Below are positions 8,499 through 16,754 of a DNA stretch of 17,845 nt, one piece after another; within the stretch, counting starts at the first letter, position 1, and each line of letters opens with the position of its first letter. The notes below the pieces were generated by a model. That model was not told where the DNA came from. It saw only the letters and a program-made list of their open reading frames with translations, and did no database searches. Where the stretch lies: assembly GCF_006345805.1 (NCBI RefSeq), contig NW_021824586.1, forward strand, positions 1 to 17,845. The letters run 5' to 3'. This DNA comes from Octopus sinensis. Taxonomy: Eukaryota. Made by a program: the position numbers and the translations under genes.

Positions 8499-8784
8499 TC
8501 AATAATGTATTCGAATCGAAGCATAAACATAGAAGCATTTACTTATTGAAACTAGATAAGCGCTAAAAGGTAAAACTATTAGTCCGATACGTGTTTCCAC
8601 CGCTCTAAAACCGGACTGTTCATCAGATGGAATTTCAGATTCTGAATAGCTTCTCTTTATCTGATGAAAATCTTTGTCTTGCTCATTTAAAGGAATTGAT
8701 GAATCGTATTGTATAATGGTCTCGATTTGAATCAGGTGATAATACGAAAACTTTTCGTCGCCGTATTGATCGAAGATGACGAGT
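8499..8784 (-). CDS. Candidate terminal coding exon (unknown protein, hydrophobic C-terminus)
   Basis: Acceptor tttttcccctttaaaatacag|, 95 codons to TGA, AATAAA about 85 nt downstream (8409-8414). No homology recognised; an ORF this long can arise by chance. Confidence 0.3.
8583..8631 (-). ncRNA. Hammerhead-ribozyme-like motif, degenerate
   Basis: tccat-CTGATGA-acagtccggttttagagcggtg-GAAAC-AC-GTA-tcgga; shares the 12-mer GAAACACGTATC with 4080-4091; stem II ccg/cgg, stem I tcc/gga. Confidence 0.45.
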
Positions 8785-8900
8785 CTGTATTTTAAAGGGG
8801 AAAAATTGCATATGGCAGATACATTTGATTGCTGCACAAATTGAAGTATCCTCGATCCTAAGACAGGTAAAATATTTTCCATCCAAAACATACATACATA

Positions 8901-9081
8901 AGCCGTTTTTGAGGGGAAGGGATAAGTCGATTACATCGACCACAGTACTTGAGTAGTGCTTGTTTTATCGACCCTCAAAAGATGAAATCGGTGGAATATA
9001 AAATCAGAGCGTAAAGACGAACAAAATGTCGCTAAGCATTTTGACCGGAGTGCTATCGACCTCTGCCAGCTCGTCGCCTTC
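8901..9081 (-). mobile_element. SINE family A, old copy
   Basis: gataagtcgattacatcgac...ttttatcgaccc...aagatgaaa...gctaagcattttgaccggagtgcta...ctgccagctcgtcgcctt; aligns to the reverse complement of 16318-16545. Confidence 0.88.
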
Positions 9082-9239
9082 ATGACGAAATTGTAATAAA
9101 AAAACAATTTTACATTTGACGGAAGGATTATTCAATACTTTTTGTGAGAAACGTATTTATTATTCTTTAAAAAATACTATTCAGGTGTAAATTGAGTATG
9201 ATAGTGTGAATTGCAGGTACAATCGATCCGATGGGGTTC

Positions 9240-9375
9240 TACATAGTTTCTGATTATTCGGTTAGACTCACAAAACTTTTGCTGAAATTATATGCTCAAG
9301 ATACCCAGGCAGTGACATCGAAACCCACACCTCATGGTAAGGAAGCGAATTTTTAACCCACTCCATCATGCCTGC
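9240..9375 (-). mobile_element. SINE family B, 5' half, highly degenerate
   Basis: gactcacaaaac...tgctcaagatacccaggcagtgacatcgaaacc...ggtaaggaagcgaatttttaacccactccatcatgcctgc parallels 16900-17034. Confidence 0.65.
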
Positions 9376-9424
9376 GACCATCCGCACATATGTTCACACA
9401 CACACATCTTTTATATTTTACCTT

Positions 9425-9597
9425 TCCTCTTAATTATTGGACTGTGGCCATGCTGGGACCCTGCCTTTAGATATTTAATCGAACCGATCAACTCCAATAC
9501 TTATTTTTAAATCCGGTACTTCTACTCTCGGTCTCTTTCACCAAAAGACGGATATAAACAAACCAACACCAACTGCTAAGCGAGTTTAGATCAAACA
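9425..9597 (-). mobile_element. SINE family B, 3' half, degenerate
   Basis: ggtacttctactctcggtctctttc parallels cacttattctatcggtgtcttttgc at 6771; tail 9440-9465 shared with 14613-14638. Confidence 0.65.
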
Positions 9598-10008
9598 CAT
9601 GTACACAGGCATTGCATACATATATTCATACATATACACTTATGTGTGTGTGTGTACACACACTCAAGCATATGTATTATGTTCCTTAGAATAAGTAAAT
9701 GCGACTTAAAGATCTCAGTGTTAAGTTAGTACGCAGTAATGTATTTAGTATGACTCAATAAATTGATTACTAATTTGAGTTTGCTTTTTTTTTCTTTCAT
9801 GCGTGAATAAAGAAGAATAAAGCTATTCGTATGTTGTTCTACAGTCCTCTGCTATAGTTGACCATCTGTCAACCGGTCGGCAAAATCGATTCGTGTGACG
9901 CACTTAACATGAAGGTATTTCTCATGAAAAAACAATCGGGCAAACATTTGGGTGTGGTTCTTTACTTTAAACAGTCACAAAAAGAAATTCGGGTTAATAA
10001 TTATATAT

Positions 10009-10205
10009 TGCACACACACACACACACACAGACACACACATACACGTATGTGTGTGTGTGTGTGTGTGATACAATATACATATATATACTCACATATACA
10101 TACATGCGTATATGTACTTGTGCATACACATTCATATGTACATACATACATTCATGCTTATATGTGTGTATGTGTGAATGGTGTATGTATGGATATATAC
10201 GCGCG
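10009..10205. repeat. (CA)n-(TG)n-(TA/TACA) compound microsatellite
   Basis: Directly visible. Confidence 0.93.
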
Positions 10206-10494
10206 CGTGGACCTGTTATTGCGTGCAGGGTGGTTAATACATTTAGTGTTAGCTTACAGTGAATATGATAAAAATGGTTGCCAACGCCCAGTTTTTTTCT
10301 AGTAATTTCTGTAACGTAAACTAATCTTAAAATGCTATCGACTGTAACCGCACGCATGGAAAAATGGCAAATTCTATGTGAATATAAGCTGATTAAAATT
10401 TGTAACGAGCGTAGAGTAAGGTTTGAATTATAGAATGCTATTCTCAGAGAAATATTTGTAATTATAAAACTTTATTGTTTCTATGCATCCAGTC

Positions 10495-10862
10495 GGAGTC
10501 TGTGGAAATTCTTTTGCCGGTCTTATTTTCAGCAAACCAATTCCACAGCAATTACAATCAGATTTATTTTGTCCGTCCGCTAGTAAAGTATAGCTAGAGA
10601 ATTTAATCTCCTGTGTGCCATCTTGATCGAAGACACGTTTTTAATTGTTTTGCTAGAGAAAGTGTACGTTCCGATGAAACAGATGTTGCCAGATTTACTA
10701 GTAAAAGTTGACAAATTTTACAAATTACCGCTCAGCTCTCAGCCACATTTTTTTTCATTCACGTAGTCTACGATGTTAGCTAAGCAGCAAATAGAGATGT
10801 TTCTCATGGAAACTTCAACTGCCAGAAGTTTAGAATACGGAGAATTAATGTCAATGTCTTCG
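10495..10862 (-). mobile_element. hAT transposase C-terminal dimerisation domain relic
   Basis: With frameshifts and stops: VICKICQLLLVNLATSVSSERTLSLAKQLKTCLRS/MAHRRLNSLAILY*RTDKINLIVIAVELV..DRQKNF; matches the Dimer_Tnp_hAT pattern P.TS.S.ERSFS....KT.LRS.M...RLN.LA.L. Not present in the ORF track. Confidence 0.82.
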
Positions 10863-10884
10863 GCACCCCTCTCTAATAATGACT

Positions 10885-11077
10885 TCAAATTTTGGCAGAG
10901 GGCCATATAACTTTAGGAGAGTTGATTACATTGATACCAGTACATTGATACTGGTACATTTTTTATCGACTCAGAAAGGATGAAAGACAAAGTCGACATT
11001 GGTAATATTTGAACTCAGAACCAACGCCTCTAATCATTTCGCCCGGCGTGCTAAGGATTTTGTAAGCTCGCTGTCTT
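10885..11077 (-). mobile_element. SINE family A, old copy with internal deletion
   Basis: ttttatcgactcagaaaggatgaaagacaaagtcgac...tttgaactcagaac...catttcgcccggcgtgctaag. Confidence 0.88.
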
Positions 11078-11112
11078 ATATCTTTCTGTAACAATATTGA
11101 TTTGTGATGAGG

Positions 11113-11158
11113 TGTTTGTGTGTGTGTGTGTGTGTGTGTGCGTGCGTGTGTGTGTGTG

Positions 11159-11202
<44 letters not shown>

Positions 11203-11213
11203 GTGTGTGTGTG
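11113..11213. repeat. (GT)n microsatellite
   Basis: Directly visible. Confidence 0.97.
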
Positions 11214-11998
11214 TTGGTCGCCTTTAAAAATAGTTGTAACATATTTGAATAAGGCGTTGGCCGATTGAAGGAATAATCGTCTCAGGCCTCGAGATACACA
11301 TGTATGTTATTGTCTCGTGCTTAAAATAAATATATATATACGTAATTCCCTGCCCAGTTTAGTTTTCTAGAGGACTTTCGCTTTCGTAGTGGTACGATGA
11401 AATGGTCCTTCCGTCACATTTCCAAACATCAAATAGATGTTAAACAAATCACCTTTCCTAATAATTTCTTCATTCATATGGCCGTCTGTTGCCAACTTTT
11501 TAGCTGTTTGCAGGGATTTGATGAATTAGTTGTATTTGAGTCTAAGAGCTGGCCAAGACAGACAAACCTAAAGCAGAGCTGAATAGAGAAAGCATGTCTT
11601 TGGTGAAGTTACAAATGGCAACGAAAGAGCTTTGACAAATCTAGCTGATTGTTTGATCGAACTATTAATCAAATGACTGATTAGTTAATTTTTTAAATGG
11701 CCGACTAATTGACTAATAACAATAAAAGAAGTGAGACACAACCAGTGCATGCGTTTATTATTGGCATAATGACCTTTCTGAGAAACAACGAAGTCTGTTT
11801 CAATACACGAGTTCATATAAAAAATCTTGCAAACCAAATACATGTAATTGGTCTGGAAACCAATTATTTGGCCTCAAACATTATGACCCGGTTGTGACCG
11901 AAGACAATTGAGAATACATTATAGGCAACGCGTACGTAGGACTGAATGATTATAACGAAGACAATTCGAAGTTAAGATACGAACAGACATCAATTTAC

Positions 11999-12076
11999 TT
12001 TCAAACTTTTTCTCAACCCCTCCCCAAGTAAGTTTCCAGTCTTGTTTCTTGTTCTGCCACACAGCATTCTGCTCGC
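11999..12076 (-). CDS. Candidate 78-nt internal exon
   Basis: Acceptor catttatttgtag| and donor GAAA|gtaaat; open in phase 1 (GEQNAVWQNKKQDWKLTWGGVEKKFE) and in phase 0. No homology recognised. Confidence 0.2.
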
Positions 12077-12599
12077 CTACAAATAAATGTACAACTGTAT
12101 TTGCAGTCATGTCATGGAGTTTATAATAGTTTAAAATATTACTGAACATTTTATATCTGACAACAAAAAAAAATTCTGGTTGACCACCAAACGTTTGTCG
12201 ACTCAGCAAGTTCATAGAGTATGTTATTCCAAGCTGGATTCATTGCTACATTCGTCGGCATTAAATGCTCGAAAAAAAACCCCAACTTAGTGCTTACTTC
12301 ATCAAGCAAGTCTCTCATAACATAGTCAAACATTGTAGAGCAGCACTCATTTTATACAACGTAATCGTTACCACCTTTGTCGAGCAACACTAGTAATAGG
12401 AACTGCCTTTCCTATTCAATAGTACCAGATTAAACAGATTAGATTACTTTTCAAAGTTTCTTTGCCTGGCTATTCTTTAAAGGTAAATGGAGGGCAAATA
12501 CTTTTTTTTTATTAATAATTTTTATTATTCAATATCCTATTTTTAAAAAACTTTCATCCAACAATTCTTTAGCCTTATTACATTTAAGAATCGATCGTT

Positions 12600-12656
12600 A
12601 CTTCCGGCGCAGCGATTTTCAAAGAATATACCGGCGCAGCGATATTCAGAGAATAT
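12600..12656. promoter_or_regulatory. ETS/GABP-type motif ACTTCCGG overlapping a 27-bp CpG-containing tandem duplication
   Basis: ACTTCCGG at 12600-12607; ccggcgcagcgattttcaaagaatata (12604-12630) / ccggcgcagcgatattcagagaatat (12631-12656), 24/26 identical. The repeat is certain; a regulatory role is inferred. Confidence 0.35.
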
Positions 12657-12844
12657 CGTTTTTCTTTGTTTTTGCTTTTACAGTCGGAAAATCCTTCTAC
12701 CAGAACCTTCCACTAAATCCTTCTAACATGATATAGTTTCCAGTTTTCTTTATACTTTCATAATATATTGTGAAAGATAAACTGTACACTCGTAGTCATA
12801 AGAACAAAGTAAAATGCATGAATGGATGAGTAATAAGCACAAAC

Positions 12845-12960
12845 CTATGATTAGTGTAATAGGTTGGTTGAGCTGATGATGACTGAGAAAACAGAACTGA
12901 AAGTAATGCGATGAATTGGAATTGAGGGATCAGACAGACGGAGCAGATAATGTGAAGCAT
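12845..12960 (-). CDS. Candidate first coding exon with signal-peptide-like sequence
   Basis: MLHIICSVCLIPQFQFIALLSVLFSQSSSA-QPTYYTNH + AG|gtttgt donor (phase 2), which is compatible with the exon at 8499-8784. Confidence 0.25.
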
Positions 12961-12991
12961 TCTGTCTGGCTCGTCCAATTCGCATCTTAAT

Positions 12992-13415
12992 ATCCTTTCT
13001 AATATAGGCAAAACGCCTGCAATTTGGGGGAGGGGATAGTCGACTACATCGATCCCAGTGCTCAATGGGTCCTTATTTCATTGACCCCAAAAGGATGAAA
13101 GGCAAAATCGACCTCGACGGTATTTGAACTCAGAATGTAAAGATGGACGAAATACCTATTTCTTTATTACCCACAAGGGGCTAAACATAGAAGGGACAAA
13201 CAAGGACAGACATAGGTATTAAGTCGATTACATCGACCCCAGTGTGTAACTGGTACTTAATTTATCGACCCCGAAAGGATGAAAGGTAAAGTCGACCTCG
13301 GCGGAATTTGAACTCACAACGTAACGGCAGACGAAATACGGCTAAGCATTTCGCCCGACGTGCTAACGTTTCTGATGGACGAAATACCGCTACGCACTTC
13401 GTCCGACATGCTCAC
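12992..13415 (-). mobile_element. SINE family A, older host copy split by a nested insertion (12992-13156 and 13389-13415)
   Basis: Family A sequence stops at ...gatggacgaaatacc and resumes after the repeated 15-mer with gctacgcacttcgtccgacatgct. Confidence 0.88.
13157..13373 (-). mobile_element. SINE family A, young subfamily, 5'-truncated, nested, perfect 15-bp TSD
   Basis: TSD GATGGACGAAATACC at 13142-13156 and 13374-13388; tail tatttctttattacccacaaggggctaaaca matches the 16510-16545 tail in reverse complement. Confidence 0.93.
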
Positions 13416-13874
13416 TTCCTTTTATACACAGCCTAAAATCAATAACCAATTCTGAGTCGCCATGTAATACATCAGGTGTAAATTTATACAAGATAGCCTC
13501 CAAATGGTAATTTTTCAAACTTCTCGCCGCTATCTGTATATTTTTACACGTCATATATTATACAGTAATTATCAATTCATTGCATGGTCTATTGTTCAAT
13601 AACTAAAGCATTTTTTTACCACCGTAAAGAAATAATTCAAGTCTGAAAGGGTTAATTGCTAAACTAAAATAAATAACAATTCGTATTAGAAATAATAATT
13701 AACAATTCATGAAACAAACTAATTACTTGCCTGATATTCCACTGATATTCACAATAGACGCAATTTGAATGTAAACATAAACGCTATTCTTTCGGTTCTG
13801 TCATTCAATCGACACAGATACATAGAGTCGTAAGGGTTGCGGTTAGAGAATATCTGAATAGTATAACTGGTTTC

Positions 13875-14066
13875 GAGTTTTAGCACAAGGCCGGCAATTT
13901 TGGAGGCGGGATAAGTCGATTACATCGACTGGTATTTACTTTATCGATCCCAAAAGAATGAACGACAAAGTCGATCCCAGCAGAATTTGAACTCAGAGTG
14001 TCAGTCAGAAGAAATGCCGCTGAGCCACTTTCTAGGTGCGGTAACGTTTCCGCCAGTTTGCCGCCA
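13875..14066 (-). mobile_element. SINE family A, old copy
   Basis: gataagtcgattacatcgac...tttatcgatccc...aatttgaactcagag...aacgtttccgccagtttgccgcc. Confidence 0.88.
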
Positions 14067-14093
14067 TATTTGAATAGAATTATTAAACTTTGA

Positions 14094-14297
14094 AAAGCGG
14101 CGAACTATCGGAATCACTCGCAGGCGGGACGAAATGCTTGCAGCATTTCCTCTGACATAAGTTCAAATGCCACCAAGGTCGACTTTGCTTTTGACTCTTT
14201 CGGGTTTGATGAAATAAGTGCCAGTTGAGCCCTGGAATCGACGTAATCGAGAAGCTTCCCCCTCTAAATTTCAGGTCTCTTTCCTGTAAATAGAAAC
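14094..14297 (+). mobile_element. SINE family A, old copy, head-to-head with the previous one
   Basis: aagcggcgaact...gaaatgctt...aagttcaaatgccaccaaggtcgactttgc...aaataagtgccagttgag...tcgacgtaatcga...aaatttcagg. Confidence 0.85.
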
Positions 14298-14496
14298 AAC
14301 AATTAAACATGGAATCATTTTGTCTTTAGGTGCACAACGAATATCTAGATATGGTTCTTTAATCCAGGAAACATTAAACTTTAATACTTGGAATAAAATA
14401 CTTCGATTCTGTTATTTGCGAGTATCTTTTTACGGAAAGAGATGAATAAAGTTCCCCTCCGGAGCAGCGGCCCTCTCCCTTTCTCCCTCTCTTCCT

Positions 14497-14520
14497 CTGT
14501 GTGTGTATGTGTGTGTGTGT

Positions 14521-14562
<42 letters not shown>
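14497..14562. repeat. (GT)n microsatellite
   Basis: Directly visible. Confidence 0.97.
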
Positions 14563-14564
<2 letters not shown>

Positions 14565-14579
14565 CGTCCTTGTGGGTAT

Positions 14580-14718
14580 ATTCTTTTATTCTTTCATATG
14601 TTTCAGCCCTAAGGCAGTGGCCTTGCTGGGGCACCGCCAGGCAGAGTAAGGCTTACACCGGCCGGGAGCTGAAGCCGGATCAATTGCTCGGAAGACAACC
14701 ACGCTAACCGCTGCGTGC
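14580..14718 (-). mobile_element. Compact SINE (family E): tRNA-Gly-like head joined almost directly to a family-B-type tail
   Basis: Reverse complement: gcagcggttagcgt, anticodon arm gttgt-CTTCCGA-gcaat, T-arm-like ccggc-ttcagct-cccgg then ccggtgta; tail 14613-14638 matches 9440-9465 at 20/26. Confidence 0.6.
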
Positions 14719-14752
14719 TAGCTAGTTAACTGTCTGTCTTTCTGTTCTCTGT

Positions 14753-14860
14753 ATTTCTCTCTCTCTCTCTCACTCTCTCTACACATATATATATACATAG
14801 ATAGATAGAGAGAGAGAGAAAGAGAGAGAGAGGCAGGAGGAGAGACAGACCGAGACAGAG
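14753..14860. repeat. (CT)n-(TA)-(AG)n compound microsatellite
   Basis: Directly visible. Confidence 0.9.
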
Positions 14861-15207
14861 AAGCATACAAACGCACTCTCACTTACACACGAACGTACAG
14901 ATATGCAGACAAACTATCTTGAAGATAGCATATTTGACATTGACGTCTAGAGTTAAATTTGATGACTATAAGCGCATATTCACGTACACATGCGCAAATG
15001 TACATACACATATACAGACATATGTGTGTGTGTGTATGTGTATGTGTGTGTGTGTGTATGTGTGTGTGAGCGCTCGCGCATATTGATCTATGCGTGTTTC
15101 TTGCTATAAATTGTAACAAGTGCTTTGATTGGTTTCCCGGTTTAGTTATGCCAGTTAAGCTATTTCAGTTATTCTTGCTCCACAGAACAGACATCGGAAC
15201 AGAAAAG

Positions 15208-15423
15208 TATACATACATACATACATACATACATACATACATACATACATACATACATACAGACAGACAGACAGACAGACAGACATACATATACACATAC
15301 ACACACACATATATATATATGTACATATATATATACATACATTTATATACATATATATGCATACGTATATATACATATATATACATACATATATGTATAT
15401 ATATACATATATACCTATGTATG

Positions 15424-15468
<45 letters not shown>

Positions 15469-15542
15469 TATATACAAGGTATATATACATGTATCATATT
15501 TATTCATACATGTATAAATATATATATATCTGTGTGTGTGCG

Positions 15543-15590
<48 letters not shown>
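15208..15590. repeat. (TACA)n-(GACA)n-(TA)n-(TG)n compound microsatellite
   Basis: Directly visible. Confidence 0.95.
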
Positions 15591-15591
<1 letters not shown>

Positions 15592-15889
15592 CATACGCAC
15601 GTATATGAGTATATAAAATTGCGTGAGATATACAGGCACATAAACACGCACGAAAACACACCGAAATAACACGAGCAAATACTGAATAAAAGAAAAAAAA
15701 ATGTGGGGCGTCAAATGCATGAAAAGAGAGAAATATAAGGAGACAAAAGAAAAAAAAAACAAAAACAGGGGAAAAAACAGCGACAGCCTCAAGTGTTTAA
15801 CAATGCGAGCCAGAACCATTCTGTGACATTGCTTTGGTATATACCCAATGAATTCCAATGGTAAACACATAGATTCCGAGCTGGGTACG

Positions 15890-15918
15890 TATATGTATAT
15901 GTGTTACATATAATAATA

Positions 15919-15962
<44 letters not shown>

Positions 15963-16050
15963 TCTATATATACAACACATATACGTATGTATATTGTTAT
16001 GTATAGTTGTATGTGTATGTGTGTCGGTGTGTGTTTGCGTATGCATGTTT
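15890..16050. repeat. (TA)n and degenerate GT microsatellite
   Basis: Directly visible. Confidence 0.9.
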
Positions 16051-16154
16051 TATAATCCTATCAACTCAATCAGACTGACAAGCAAACAACGGATGACTTC
16101 TAACAAACACTGACCGGCTCCCAAGGATTAAAATAACTAAAACAGTACCAATCG

Positions 16155-16158
16155 CACG

Positions 16159-16197
<39 letters not shown>

Positions 16198-16274
16198 ACA
16201 ACGCACGCACACACGCACGCACACACACACACACACACGCGCACGCACGCGCACACATGCACGGACGCACGCAC
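16155..16274. repeat. (CA)n/(CGCA)n microsatellite
   Basis: Directly visible. Confidence 0.93.
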
Positions 16275-16317
16275 ACGTTAGCGCGCCGATCGAAATGCTT
16301 AGCGGTATTTTGTCTGC
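16275..16317 (+). mobile_element. SINE family A, head of an older copy
   Basis: acgttagcgcgccgatcgaaatgcttagcggtattttgtctgc, a diverged version of 16333-16375. Confidence 0.85.
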
Positions 16318-16545
16318 GGCGAGCTGGCAGAAACGTTAGCACGCCGGGCGAAATGCTTAGCGGTATTTCGTCTGCCGCTACGTTCTGAGTTCAAATTCCG
16401 CCGAGGTCGACTTTGCCTTTCATCCTTCCGGGGTCGATAAATTAAGTACCAGTTACGCACTTGGGTCGATGTAATCGACTTAATCCGTTTGTCTGTCCTT
16501 GTTTGTCTCCTCTGTGTTTAGCCCCTTGTGGGTAGTAAAGAAATA
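16318..16545 (+). mobile_element. SINE family A, young near-full-length copy
   Basis: A-box-like agctggcagaaacgttagc, B-box gagttcaaattcc, tail ...gccccttgtgggtagtaaagaaata; closely similar to 13157-13373 in reverse complement. Confidence 0.93.
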
Positions 16546-16625
16546 TATATACGTATGTAAATACGTATGACATCGCCACAAGAAGTAGTTGATGTGCCTG
16601 TTAAATTTGCCCTGGACAGGCATAC

Positions 16626-16674
16626 CACCCTTTCTACTGTGGGTCGTTTCGGTCATGCGCACCGTAGCTGCCAT
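16626..16674 (-). CDS. Candidate first coding exon MAATVRMTETTHSRKG with promoter-like context
   Basis: aaaATGGCAGC start (YY1-like GCCATTTT on the + strand, 16670-16677), NRF1-like CATGCGCA at 16654-16661, donor G|gtatgc; locally GC-richer unique sequence. No homology recognised. Confidence 0.27.
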
Positions 16675-16754
16675 TTTGTCGGTGACAGGCCGATCTTTTT
16701 ATCATCTGTATATCTGTGACTTAATCATCGTTTAAGTTTACTTGTTTTAGTTAT

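Noticed and set aside
9856-9912. 57-nt plus-strand exon LTICQPVGKIDSCDALNMK
   Set aside because: Splice dinucleotides are present, but there is no partner exon or homology.
10493-10583. Plus-strand exon VGVCGNSFAGLIFSKPIPQQLQSDLFCPSA with AG/GT ends
   Set aside because: It is the antisense of the hAT relic, which explains the sequence better.
12604-12656. CRISPR-like repeats (also considered at 1233-1345 and 2619-2683)
   Set aside because: Units are adjacent without unique spacers, the context is eukaryotic, and there are no cas genes.
12873-12900. CTGATGA...GAAA as another hammerhead (also CTGATGA at 8661)
   Set aside because: No stem II pairing and no GAAAC-NN-GTH; expected by chance.
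14083-14382. ATTAAACTTT direct repeat as the TSD of the plus-strand SINE
   Set aside because: The second copy lies about 75 bp beyond the SINE end, and the motif is AT-rich.
15775-15885. FN3-like peptide PQVFNNASQNHSVTLLWYIPNEFQW with a GG|gtacgt donor
   Set aside because: In-frame TAA before the donor and no pyrimidine-rich acceptor upstream.
15094-16046. Cluster of YI/CV/HT-rich ORFs (and similar ones at 3.6-4.0, 6.8-7.1 and 9.9-10.4 kb)
   Set aside because: Dinucleotide and tetranucleotide repeats lack stop codons; no coding complexity.
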